A stretch of DNA of 64,000 bases, from positions 1-64,000 of IMG/VR virus record IMGVR_UViG_3300012971_000019; one strand, given 5' to 3'. Under the pieces are notes generated by a model that was not told where the DNA came from, ran no database searches, and saw only the letters and a program-made list of their open reading frames with translations. The DNA comes from a virus. Lineage: Duplodnaviria; Caudoviricetes. Shown here in pieces: positions 16,003 through 25,738 of this stretch. Every line of letters begins with the position of its first letter. Position 1 is the stretch's first letter. Position numbers and translations under genes: made by a program.

Positions 16003-17914
16003 CGTTTATCGCGAGCTGTCGATGGAAGCAGCGGCCGAGCCCGGACGGTGGGTGACGGCGCGCGCTGAGTACCAACGCGGCATCATGGACTCGTTCTCGG
16101 ACCCGACGATTCACACGATCGTGGTGCCGAAGGCCTCGCAGGTCGGTTTCACCGAATGCGTGCTCAACGCGCTTGGGTTCATGGTGCATCAGGACCCCTG
16201 CCCGATCCTGATCCTGCAGCCGACCATCGACGCGGGCGAAACCTGGTCGAAGGAACGGCTGGCGCCGATGGTGCGCGACACGCCGGTGCTGCGCGGGCTC
16301 GTGCGGCAACCGATCAGTCGGTACACGGAAAATTCGCTGCGCTTCAAATCGTTCCCCGGCGGCTACATGGCGATCGTCGGCTCGAACGCGCCCGCGGGCC
16401 TGGCAGCGCGGCCGATCCGCATCGTGTTCGCCGATGAGGTCGATCGCTTCAAGACCTCGGCCGGCACCGAGGGCGATCCGCTGCAGCTCGCCGCGAAGAG
16501 ACAGACCACCTATTGGAACCGCAAGACACTGCTCGGCTCATCGCCGGGGCGAAAGGCCACATCGGTGATCTGGCGCGAATGGCTGAAGTCCGATCAGCGA
16601 CGGTTCTACGTTCCCTGTCCGCAATGCGAAGAGAAGCAAACGCTGCGCTGGGAAAATGTGCGCTGGGATAAAGCGCTCGACGGCGAGAAGCGTGCCGTGG
16701 GCGCGCAGTACTGGCCGCACAAGCCCGAGACCGCCTATTACGTTTGTGAGCACTGCGGCAATCCGTGGGACGATGTCGCGCGCTGGGAAGCGGTGTCGAA
16801 GGGCGAGTGGCGCTCGACCGCGCCGTTCAACGGCACGGCGGGGTTTCACATCCCGGGCTTCATCTCGCCGTGGCTGACGCTGACCGACATCGTGGTCGAG
16901 TTCCTCAAGGCGAAGGACGTTCCCGAGCTGCTGCAGGTGTGGGTCAACACCGTGCTCGGCGAGCCGTGGGAGGAAGCGGCCGAGGTCGTGGAGTCGTCGT
17001 CGCTGGTGTCGCGCGGTGAGCAGTACGGGCCCGAGCTGCTGCCCGATGGCGTCAAGATGATCGTGGCCGGCGTTGACGTGCAGGGCGATCGACTCGAATG
17101 CCAGGTGCTCGGCTTCGGTGTGCGCGAGGAGTGCTGGGCGATCGAGTACCACGTGCTGCCCGGCGATCCGGCGCAGCGGTTGCTGTGGGACGAACTCGAC
17201 GAGCAATTGCTCAAGACCTATCCGACCGAGGATGATCGGACGCTGCGCATCAGCGCGACCTGCATCGACACCGGCGGCCATCATGGCAACCAGGTGTTGG
17301 CATTCTGCAAGGCGCGGCGTGGGCGCAAGGTGCTCCCCATCAAAGGCGTGAGCGGCGCACGCCCGATCTGGCCCAAGCGCGAGAGCAAGGCGAAGAAAGA
17401 CTTCTATGTCGTCGGCGTCGATACCGCGAAGGACGCGATCTACGGGCGGCTGCGTATCCAGAAGCCGGGCCCGGGCTACATCCACTTCCCGGTCGGCACC
17501 GACTTCAATGCGCAGTATTTCGAGCAGCTCACCTGCGAGCGGGTGATCACGCGCTACAGGCTCGGGCATCCGGTGCGGGTATGGGAGAAGCCGGCCGGGG
17601 CCCGGAATGAAAGTTTCGACACCTTCGTCTATGCCCTGGCCGCCCGCCAGGCGCTGCCGGTCCGCTTCGAGCCGGCGCCGGTTCCGATCGAGCCCGCGCC
17701 CGTGGCCAATCGCCCGGCTGAGCCGCCGGTAAAGTCGCTGTTCGGTCCGCCGCCGCCCCAGAGGGTGCCAGAACCGCCTACGGAGCCTCATCCGCTGGCC
17801 GTCCGTGCGCCAGAACCGCCGAAGGCACCCCAGGCCGCCCCCGGCATTCCGCATCGCCCGTGGCGCCCGCAAGGGCGCTGGAGGCGCACCATGCGATCAC
17901 AGTACATGAGCTGA
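15938..17914 (+). CDS. terL: terminase large subunit (lambda gpA family)
   Basis: PPPKLTVSQWAD, KASQVGFT Walker A, VFADEVD Walker B, GVDVQGDR nuclease, RNESFDTFVYA; Pro-rich tail. Confidence 0.97.
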   Translation: MVCTALKAWSPPPKLTVSQWADVYRELSMEAAAEPGRWVTARAEYQRGIMDSFSDPTIHTIVVPKASQVGFTECVLNALGFMVHQDPCPILILQPTIDAGETWSKERLAPMVRDTPVLRGLVRQPISRYTENSLRFKSFPGGYMAIVGSNAPAGLAARPIRIVFADEVDRFKTSAGTEGDPLQLAAKRQTTYWNRKTLLGSSPGRKATSVIWREWLKSDQRRFYVPCPQCEEKQTLRWENVRWDKALDGEKRAVGAQYWPHKPETAYYVCEHCGNPWDDVARWEAVSKGEWRSTAPFNGTAGFHIPGFISPWLTLTDIVVEFLKAKDVPELLQVWVNTVLGEPWEEAAEVVESSSLVSRGEQYGPELLPDGVKMIVAGVDVQGDRLECQVLGFGVREECWAIEYHVLPGDPAQRLLWDELDEQLLKTYPTEDDRTLRISATCIDTGGHHGNQVLAFCKARRGRKVLPIKGVSGARPIWPKRESKAKKDFYVVGVDTAKDAIYGRLRIQKPGPGYIHFPVGTDFNAQYFEQLTCERVITRYRLGHPVRVWEKPAGARNESFDTFVYALAARQALPVRFEPAPVPIEPAPVANRPAEPPVKSLFGPPPPQRVPEPPTEPHPLAVRAPEPPKAPQAAPGIPHRPWRPQGRWRRTMRSQYMS

Positions 17915-17929
17915 TCTCGGAGCTGACCA

Positions 17930-18172
17930 ATGGTCTCGATGAATCCTCCGCTCGACCCGACGACGGCGCCATCCGGGTTTACGCTGGCCGAAAAGATAGC
18001 GCTCGAACAGGCCATCGCGTCCGGGACGCTGCACGTGTCCTATAACGGCAAGAGCGTGACCTATCGCTCACTCGACGAGCTGCGGCTGGCGCTGCACATG
18101 GTCAACAATTACCTGTTCGGCCCGCCGACCCGCACGTTCCTCACCCGCACCAGGGGCTGGAAGGGCCTCTAA
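17930..18172 (+). CDS. head-tail joining protein (gpW family)
   Basis: ALEQAIASG...VSYNGKSVTYRSLDEL between terL and portal. Confidence 0.85.
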   Translation: MVSMNPPLDPTTAPSGFTLAEKIALEQAIASGTLHVSYNGKSVTYRSLDELRLALHMVNNYLFGPPTRTFLTRTRGWKGL

Positions 18173-21100
18173 GTGGACGCTCGCACGAAGGACCCCGCCG
18201 GCATGATGTTCGGCGACGGGGTGAATTCGGCGCGCATCCGGGTTCGGCCGAAGGGCGCGGTGACGAGCGCCAAGGCGCAGCAGGATTGGGCGTGGCAACC
18301 AGGTGGCCCGTGGTGGTCGCCGTCGCAGCAGGGCTTCCAAGCCGCCAACGCGCGCCGCCGGCTGTCGCAGTGGCTCCCGAACAAGGGCACCATCAACACC
18401 CTGGTGACGCAGGGCGGCGAAATCCTGCGCGACCGCGCCCGCGACATGGTGCGCAACAACCCGCACGCGGCATCGGCGGCGGACTCCTATTGCGGCAACC
18501 TGATCGGCACCGGCATCCGGCCATCGTCGCTGATCCCCGATCCCACGCTGCGCACCGAGGTCAACAAGCTGTGGGCGCAATGGGCGTGCGAGTGCGACTC
18601 CGATGGCATGGTCGATTTCTATGGCCTGCAGGAGCTGGTCGCGCGCGCGTTGTTCGAGGCCGGCGAGGTGTTCCTGCGCTACCGGCCGCGTTCGATCGAG
18701 GATGGGCTGTGCGTGCCGCTGCAGCTCCACGTGATCGAGTCGGACATGCTCGATTTCTCGTACAATCTGCTCGCCGAGAACGGCAACCTGATCATGAACG
18801 GCGTCGAGTTCGACAACAGGCACCAACGCGTCGCCTATCATTTTTGGCCGTATCACCCCGGGCAGATCATCATTACGCCGCTGCGCGATTTCCGTTTTCG
18901 GGTGCGCGTGCCGGCCGAGGAGATTCTGCACATCTTCAAGCCGCGGCGGCCCGGTGATGTGCGCGGCGTGCCGATGGTGGCCTCGGCTCTGGTCAAGCTG
19001 TTCATGCTCGATCAGTACGACGACGCCGAGCTGGACCGTAAGAAAGTCGCGGCGATGTTCGCCGGCTTCGTCAAGTCGCCGCAGCCCGAGGAAATGCTGA
19101 TCCAGGATCAGAGCGGGCCGGCGTATCCGTGGGAGCCTGACGAAGGCCTGGTGACGCTGGAGCCCGGGACGATCCAGACGCTACTGCCCGGCGAGGACAT
19201 CACGTTCTCGGCGCCGGCCGCGGTCGGTGGCGATTACGAGCCGTTCCAGTATCGGCAGCTCCTGCCCGTGTTCCAGGCGATGGGCGTGCCGTACACCTTG
19301 GGTGCCGGCGATCTGCGGCATGCGAACTACAGCTCGTTGCGTGGCGCGATCGTCGAGTACCGCCGCCGCCTGGCGCAGGTGCAGAACAACGTCATCGTCC
19401 ATCAGATGTGTCGGCCGATTTGGGAGCGGTGGCTGCGCGATGCGGTGCTCTCGGAGTCGATCGACATCCCGGACTTCGCCAAAGACCCGCGGATGAATCT
19501 CTCCGTGAGATGGATTCCGCCGAAGTTCGAATGGGTTGATCCGCTCAAGGATCAGCAAGCCGAGAAGCTTGCAGTCGATGCCGGCTTCAAGTCGCGCTCT
19601 GACGTGATCGACGAGATGGGCGACGATCCGCTCGACACCGACATGCGGATCAAGCAGGACCATCTCCGCGAAAAGGCGCTCGGTCTCGACTTCCCGGCGG
19701 GCACCGGCAAAGGCAAGCCCGGTGCGCCCGGCCAGCCCGGTCAGCCAGGCCAGGAAGAGGGTGGCGGCAAGGAGTTTGACGGCTCCGACATCAAGGAGAT
19801 GCTCCAGGATCAGGGCATCGATCTCGACGACGATGTGCTGGAGAAGCTCACCGCCTCGATGCGCGAGAGGATCGAGGCCTTCGAGGAATCGCAACATCCG
19901 CGGGTGCCCAAGGGTACGACCGAGGGCGGACAGTTCACGAAGGCGGGCGACGGGGTCGAGACCGGGTCAAAAAAAAAATCAAGCGAGCCCGGCCTGGTCG
20001 GCGACGGCGATCAGCGTCAGACTGTCCCGTTCGGATTAGGACTCCCCGAGGGGTCCCCGCTCCAGAAGGCGATCGGCGCCGGCTCGGTCGGCTATGGCGA
20101 TGCCGAGAAGGTCGCCGAGCAGATTGCCAAGGCGGCCGGCGCCAACGTGCTGGCGACCCATCACGTGGTCGGCGGCTGGACCGACCCCTCGACCGGCGAA
20201 TATTCGTCGGAGCCGACCCTGGTCGGCGAGTTTCACGGGAAACCAACTGACGCGACTTTTGCGGCCGAGGCCATCGCGCATGTGCTCGGCCCGCAGAAGG
20301 AGGTGTGGGTCGTTCGCGATGCCGAGGGCTTCCCGGCCGCGCGCGATCTCCGTCTCGACATCATCCCGACCAAGCCTGGGGTGACGCCGCAGCAGCTCGC
20401 CGAGGTGGCGCGCAAGGTCGATCCTGAGCTGCTCGCCGGCTTCACGCAGACGGTTGACGGCGAGGGTCGCACCGGCATCACGCTGTTGATCCCCGAGGGC
20501 ATCGCGAAGCGCCCGCGTGCGGAGACGACCTCGGTCATGATCAACCCGATGGGCTCGATCCAGCCGATGGAGGTGCTGGTCAATCCGCGCGAGCGCGACA
20601 TCAAGGACTTGCTCAAGAACACGGACTTTGCCGAGGCTCGGGTGATCCGCGATGACGCCGGCAACCTCTATGTGTGGGACGCCTATGAGGCGATCCACCG
20701 ACCGGTGGCAAAGGCGCTCGGCGTCGAGCTGACCAAAGAGAATTATCTTCTCAACACCGACATCTGGACGCTGGTGAATGGCAAGCTCGTCAGCTCGGGC
20801 GTCGGATCGGATTGGATGAAGGAAAAGTTGCCGCGCCGCTGGATCGAGGAAACCCACGCGGTACCCAAGGGCCCGGCGACGATCGCGGATCGTGCCGATG
20901 CGGCGGTGATGAAGCTCGCGGGCGCGCTGGCCGATGCCGGGATTGATGCCGACGTGTTGCCGACCGCGGCGATCGTGGATAAAAGGATCGGCGATGCGAA
21001 AGATTGGCGGGGTTACAGTTCATCCCTTGAACGCGAAGCTGGGGCACATGCCGTCGCGGCGCTCGATGATTATCGTGCCCGGCTCGGCGAAAGCCTCGCC

Positions 21101-23515
21101 CAAGGCCGAGGCGTCCCAGCCTTCACCGAAGACCTCCGAGCCCTCGCGCGAGCCGCCCGACCGCAAGCCGAACCGCTGAAGGTCGCGGCACGGTTTTTCG
21201 CCTTTGATCCTGAGCAGCCGCGCGCACCCAAGGGATCACCCGAGGGCGGCCAGTGGACGAAAGACGGCGAGGAAGGCCTTTACAACGGCCCGACGCAGCC
21301 GGCTTATCACGGATCGAAGCAAGCCGGGTTTGAGCGGTTCACCGTTCCCGATCCGAAGAACGAGTTGATGATCGATCGAGCGATCGGTGTGCATGTCGCC
21401 AAAGACCCGAAGATGGCCGAGTATTTCACCAAGCTTGGTCCAGGCGATACGCGGGCACCGGGTGAAACCCACAAAGGCGGAATTTACGAGCTACGCATTC
21501 CGACTGACGAGCATTTGCTGGAGGTCGAGCAAAAGCACCTGCGGTGGGTCAAAAATCCGGCCGAACCGAAAAAGCCTGGCAACGTCGAGATCGATCAGGA
21601 CAAGATTGCGCGGCTTGTTTACGGCACGGCGTTTCGTGAGGATACCGATCTTTTCGCACGGCAGATCGAGCGAGATTTGCACCTCACCACAGAGGAAGCG
21701 AAGCACGGCGCTGAAGCGCTTGCGCACGATCAACCATGGACGAGCCCTCGGTTTGGCTCGACATATAAGAGCATCGACGAATATCTGGCCGATCGACCGA
21801 GCACGATTTTCGACACTGAGGATCGCGTGAAAGCGGTGGAGTTATTCCACGAGCAGATGGAGCGTCACGGCTATCTCGGGCTCAAGTACATCAACACGGC
21901 GCCGATGGAGACCGAGGGCATTGATGATCCGATCGCCTATGTGATCTTCAATCCGCGCAACATCCGCCACGCATTCACTGGCGCACGGGCGCGCATGCCG
22001 CTCGAAATTTTCGCCAAGGAGTTCGACGAGGCGCAACATCCGCGCGGCAAGACCACGCCCGAGTCGACGCCCGGAAGTTTCGCTCCCGAGGAAGGCGGCG
22101 GCGGCGTTGATCTCGTAGCCGGCCGCGTCGTTTTCCAATCCAAGTCCTCGATCCCGCCGACGCAGAAAGCCGCGACCACGCCGGCCGAGACCGAGGCCGA
22201 GGCGCGCAAGAGCGTCGAGGAATACGCCAAGGCGGCGCGTGACGCCGGCATCAATGTGCTGGTCGGCGGCCAGGGTCATCCGCTGCAAATCTCGACGCGC
22301 CTCCCGTGGGGCGTGAAGGGCAACGTCGAGAATGGCGATGAGGTTTATCTGCATCCCGATCTCGATGCATTGCGCCGCGAGCCGGAAAAGTTCGCGAGCG
22401 ACATGGCGCTGTTCAAAAATGCCGAGGACTATCCCGGTCTGCGACCGGAGGAAACCGATGGCACACCCGAGCAGATTGCGCGCAACGTGATCGACCGGCT
22501 GAAGTCGAACCTGAAATTCCTGTACGAGAACATGCCGACCGACATCCGCGATCGATCGGCCGACTGGTACGCAGGCGCGCGACGCATCGTCGATCGCAAG
22601 GCGCGGCAGTATGGGCTCAACGATGCCGCGGTTGCCGGGGCCTATGCGGCGCTCAGTCCGCAAAAGGATTGGTATCAGAACGTCTACCTGGGCGATCGGC
22701 TGATCGACATCTACCAGACGCAGCAGGACACGGCGTGGTCGCCCGAGATGGAAAAGACCGCCCGTCAAATCTGGAAAACCAAGCCGCAGAAGGCAGTCCT
22801 GAAAACCGTGCGCGGCAAGAAGCTCGGCGAGCTGACCGATCCGGTGCAAAAGGCCGAGTGGATTCGAACCTTTGACGAAACCTATAGCGACCGTTCCTTC
22901 AAGATCGTCACGCCGGAAGGCGAAGAGGACGGCTATGTCAAAACCAAAGCGGGCGAGAATTGGTCGGCGGCTTGGCAAACCAACGTGAACATCGCCAATG
23001 CGGTGATCGCGCTCGAATCGGGTGGCGATCGGAAGATCATCAGCCAGGCGATGGGCGCGGCGCACAAGGTGCGCTCGTTCTACAACAACTTCCTCGACCC
23101 GTACTCGACCAACGATGACGTGACGATCGACACGCATGCGACGGGGGCCGGATGGCTCCAGCCCTATGCCGGATCATCGACGGCGGTGCTGCACAGCCTG
23201 CACAGCAGTCCTCAGAAGGGGGACGCGCCGAAGAATTTCCGCAACGCGAGCGAATCGGCGGCCACCGGCAATTCCGGCACCTATGCGATCTACGCGACCG
23301 CGTACCGCGAGGCCGCGCACGAACTCGGTCTTTCGCCGCGCGCGCTGCAATCGCTCACCTGGGAAGCGCAGCGTGGTCTCTATGGCCGTGAGAGCAAGAA
23401 AGCGCTGGAGCGCACCAACGCGATTTGGACCGACTACCACAACGGCGTGATCGATCTCGATGAGGCGCGCCGCCGGGTCGTGAGCAATGGCTACCGGCCA
23501 CCGGATTGGTACTGA
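18173..23515 (+). CDS. lambda-family portal (aa ~1-510) fused to ~1270-aa tagged multi-effector extension
   Basis: Portal motifs RDRARDMVRNNPHA, PLQLHVIESD, RGVP, DLRHANYSSLRG, WIPPKFEWVDPLKD. The frame continues through three tag motifs and ART-like and HhH-like domains. Confidence 0.92.
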   Translation: MDARTKDPAGMMFGDGVNSARIRVRPKGAVTSAKAQQDWAWQPGGPWWSPSQQGFQAANARRRLSQWLPNKGTINTLVTQGGEILRDRARDMVRNNPHAASAADSYCGNLIGTGIRPSSLIPDPTLRTEVNKLWAQWACECDSDGMVDFYGLQELVARALFEAGEVFLRYRPRSIEDGLCVPLQLHVIESDMLDFSYNLLAENGNLIMNGVEFDNRHQRVAYHFWPYHPGQIIITPLRDFRFRVRVPAEEILHIFKPRRPGDVRGVPMVASALVKLFMLDQYDDAELDRKKVAAMFAGFVKSPQPEEMLIQDQSGPAYPWEPDEGLVTLEPGTIQTLLPGEDITFSAPAAVGGDYEPFQYRQLLPVFQAMGVPYTLGAGDLRHANYSSLRGAIVEYRRRLAQVQNNVIVHQMCRPIWERWLRDAVLSESIDIPDFAKDPRMNLSVRWIPPKFEWVDPLKDQQAEKLAVDAGFKSRSDVIDEMGDDPLDTDMRIKQDHLREKALGLDFPAGTGKGKPGAPGQPGQPGQEEGGGKEFDGSDIKEMLQDQGIDLDDDVLEKLTASMRERIEAFEESQHPRVPKGTTEGGQFTKAGDGVETGSKKKSSEPGLVGDGDQRQTVPFGLGLPEGSPLQKAIGAGSVGYGDAEKVAEQIAKAAGANVLATHHVVGGWTDPSTGEYSSEPTLVGEFHGKPTDATFAAEAIAHVLGPQKEVWVVRDAEGFPAARDLRLDIIPTKPGVTPQQLAEVARKVDPELLAGFTQTVDGEGRTGITLLIPEGIAKRPRAETTSVMINPMGSIQPMEVLVNPRERDIKDLLKNTDFAEARVIRDDAGNLYVWDAYEAIHRPVAKALGVELTKENYLLNTDIWTLVNGKLVSSGVGSDWMKEKLPRRWIEETHAVPKGPATIADRADAAVMKLAGALADAGIDADVLPTAAIVDKRIGDAKDWRGYSSSLEREAGAHAVAALDDYRARLGESLAQGRGVPAFTEDLRALARAARPQAEPLKVAARFFAFDPEQPRAPKGSPEGGQWTKDGEEGLYNGPTQPAYHGSKQAGFERFTVPDPKNELMIDRAIGVHVAKDPKMAEYFTKLGPGDTRAPGETHKGGIYELRIPTDEHLLEVEQKHLRWVKNPAEPKKPGNVEIDQDKIARLVYGTAFREDTDLFARQIERDLHLTTEEAKHGAEALAHDQPWTSPRFGSTYKSIDEYLADRPSTIFDTEDRVKAVELFHEQMERHGYLGLKYINTAPMETEGIDDPIAYVIFNPRNIRHAFTGARARMPLEIFAKEFDEAQHPRGKTTPESTPGSFAPEEGGGGVDLVAGRVVFQSKSSIPPTQKAATTPAETEAEARKSVEEYAKAARDAGINVLVGGQGHPLQISTRLPWGVKGNVENGDEVYLHPDLDALRREPEKFASDMALFKNAEDYPGLRPEETDGTPEQIARNVIDRLKSNLKFLYENMPTDIRDRSADWYAGARRIVDRKARQYGLNDAAVAGAYAALSPQKDWYQNVYLGDRLIDIYQTQQDTAWSPEMEKTARQIWKTKPQKAVLKTVRGKKLGELTDPVQKAEWIRTFDETYSDRSFKIVTPEGEEDGYVKTKAGENWSAAWQTNVNIANAVIALESGGDRKIISQAMGAAHKVRSFYNNFLDPYSTNDDVTIDTHATGAGWLQPYAGSSTAVLHSLHSSPQKGDAPKNFRNASESAATGNSGTYAIYATAYREAAHELGLSPRALQSLTWEAQRGLYGRESKKALERTNAIWTDYHNGVIDLDEARRRVVSNGYRPPDWY
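19969..19978 (+). repeat. A10 homopolymer within the portal-effector junction
   Basis: TCA AAA AAA AAA TCA, ~30 nt after tag 1, in a high-GC gene that otherwise prefers AAG. Confidence 0.9.
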
Positions 23516-24638
23516 TCCGCTCGTCGCGTGGATGCGCGCCAACAGCGTTGCAGTCAATCGCCGGAACTACATCGAGCTGAACTGGGGCGAGGTCCCCAAG
23601 CCATGGACGGTCGAAGACGAGAGCGAGCTGCCGGCCGAGCTGCAGGAGTGGTCGATCTTCGAGCGCGATGGGCCCGGCATTCGACTGCGCGCCGATCCGG
23701 TGACGAAGGCGCCGATCACCGCTGCCTGGATCGATCCGTTCACGGCCGAGTTCGACGAAGCGAAGCACCCGCGCGAGCCGAAGGGCACGAAGGAAGGCGG
23801 GCGGTGGACGAAGGGCGCGAACGAGATCGTCCATAATTACGAGGAGGCGACCAAGAAGCGCCATCACGGCGCGACCAGGCCGCCATCCTCGACGGCGCCG
23901 GAACATGAGCAGTGGCGACAGAAGGGGAAACCGGCAGACCTCGACCGCCAGGCGCAGGAGGCGGTCGTGCAGCTCGGTGGCACGCATCGCGAATATGGCG
24001 TTCTCGTGCAGAAAGGCGGCGATCTTTCCGAGGGCGCGCAGATCACCGTCATTCCCGGTGGAGAGCACAATGTTCCAGTGTCGGACGAGCTGCATGACGA
24101 GATGACGGCGATACCGCATGACTTTCACCACAATCATCCATCGGGCCTGCCGATCTCGACGCAGGACATCAATTATCTATCGAAATCGCCGAATGTCATG
24201 ACGGTGCATGCGCATTCCGGCACCGGCAATGGCACGACCTACTCGGTCTCGATCGCGGGGCGAACGGCCAAAAATCCGACCGCTGTATGGCCGACAAAGA
24301 TGGCCGGGATCATGCGGACGATTGCACGACGCGTGAGTGATCGAGGCTATCCGCTTGGTCCGCTGGGCCGGGCGGCGGTACGCCTCGATGACGAACATGC
24401 GACGACGACGGAGATCAACCACGCGCTCACGAAAATCGATCAGCATGCATTCAACATGGCGGCCGATAAGGCTGGGCTAATCCATTACGCCTACACACAT
24501 TCGCCAGAGGACGAGAAGTTTTTCGAGAAATTTGCCGATGAGCTGAAGGCGCAGGCCGAGATCGCGGACGACACATTCAGCAAGGTTCTGGCGTCACGCA
24601 AGATCGACCCGACCAAGCTGGCGAAGGAGCGTGAATGA
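23487..24638 (+). CDS. small N-terminal module + tag + JAB/MPN-like domain
   Basis: DPLVAWMRANSVAVNRRNYI...ELPAELQ module; EFDEAKHPREPKG...GGRWT tag; REYG...HHNHPSGLPISTQD. Confidence 0.8.
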   Translation: MATGHRIGTDPLVAWMRANSVAVNRRNYIELNWGEVPKPWTVEDESELPAELQEWSIFERDGPGIRLRADPVTKAPITAAWIDPFTAEFDEAKHPREPKGTKEGGRWTKGANEIVHNYEEATKKRHHGATRPPSSTAPEHEQWRQKGKPADLDRQAQEAVVQLGGTHREYGVLVQKGGDLSEGAQITVIPGGEHNVPVSDELHDEMTAIPHDFHHNHPSGLPISTQDINYLSKSPNVMTVHAHSGTGNGTTYSVSIAGRTAKNPTAVWPTKMAGIMRTIARRVSDRGYPLGPLGRAAVRLDDEHATTTEINHALTKIDQHAFNMAADKAGLIHYAYTHSPEDEKFFEKFADELKAQAEIADDTFSKVLASRKIDPTKLAKERE

Positions 24639-25738
24639 GTCTCCTGGTTGACCCACCGCATGAGCTGTTCGGCTCCGAGGCCGAGTGGCGGGCGTTCCTC
24701 GATGAGATGCACGAGGCCTGTGAGGACGGCGAGGACGACGCGCGCGAATACATCGCCATGGCCGAGCGCGTGCTGGCCGAGCGGCGCGACAAGCGGCCGG
24801 CGGTCAAGGTGAGCGCGCGTGGCGAACACGCCGCAGCTCGGGCGGCTCTATTGGCGACCGTCGCCTTCGAAGAATCCGAGCATCCGCGTGTACCGAAGGG
24901 AACGCCCGAAAAGGGTGGGCAGTTCACGAAGAAGGGCGAGGGCGGCGGCGGTGCGTCCGAGCGCAGGGTCGGGATACCGGGTCTCGGTGAGGAGCTGGCT
25001 GAACCGCTTCAGCCTCCGACCACGAAGACGACTGCCGACGATTTCAAGAAGGCCGGCATCGAACTCCTGATGCATCCGCGCGCGCAGCAAAAGTTCCTCG
25101 CCGATTGGAACGAGCGCGTCGATCAACCGCCCGAGCAGTTCCGCAAGGAGTTCCTCAACGGCTTGAACGGCACGATGGAGATCGGCGTAGAGGGCGATGG
25201 CGCGTGGACCCTGAAGGGAGACCTGCGCACGTCTGATGGCGAGAAGATGGGCAGCTATCGACGCGAGATCGATTTCAAACGCAAGGAAGCCGTTGACGAT
25301 TATTTTCGACTGGAAGAGGAGTTCACCGGGCTTTCGATCGGCAAAAAAATGCTCGCCGGAAACATCGAGAAGTACCGCGAGCTGGGTATCCAGTGTGTGG
25401 ACCTCACCGCCAATGTCGATGTCGGCTCTTACGCGTGGGCCCGATACGGCTTTGCGCCGTCGAAGAAGTCATGGGCTTATCTGCGGGACCATTTGCGCGC
25501 TCTCGTCCAGGAGGGCGCCGACGAAAACGAGAAACCAATCATCAAGGATCAGGGCGACCAGCAGCGCTTGCTCGAACTGCTCAAGTCGGACGATCCCAAG
25601 ACGCTGTGGGCGATTGCCGATTCGAAATACGGTAAGGCGTTGCTGACCGACAATTTTTGGGCTGGTCGCCTCGATCTCAATGATCGTGACACCATGCGGC
25701 GGTTCAACGACTACATAGCGAGGGCGTACCGTGCCTGA
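24635..25738 (+). CDS. small N-terminal module + tag + GNAT acetyltransferase-like domain
   Basis: LVDPP...EAEWRAFLDEM module; AFEESEHPRVPKG...GGQFT tag; DYFRLEEEFTGLSIGK...LTANVDVGSYAWARYGF. Confidence 0.82.
   Translation: MSLLVDPPHELFGSEAEWRAFLDEMHEACEDGEDDAREYIAMAERVLAERRDKRPAVKVSARGEHAAARAALLATVAFEESEHPRVPKGTPEKGGQFTKKGEGGGGASERRVGIPGLGEELAEPLQPPTTKTTADDFKKAGIELLMHPRAQQKFLADWNERVDQPPEQFRKEFLNGLNGTMEIGVEGDGAWTLKGDLRTSDGEKMGSYRREIDFKRKEAVDDYFRLEEEFTGLSIGKKMLAGNIEKYRELGIQCVDLTANVDVGSYAWARYGFAPSKKSWAYLRDHLRALVQEGADENEKPIIKDQGDQQRLLELLKSDDPKTLWAIADSKYGKALLTDNFWAGRLDLNDRDTMRRFNDYIARAYRA

Noticed and set aside
16538-17872. Long antisense ORFs (also 21842-23137, 28638-29297, 35319-36401, 47583-48854, 58758-59657)
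   Set aside because: Shadow frames of well-supported high-GC genes, with Arg/Ala/Gly-rich composition and no motifs.
20510-20870. Intein in the portal fusion
   Set aside because: The inserted block lacks an N-terminal Cys/Ser and a C-terminal His-Asn followed by Cys/Ser/Thr.
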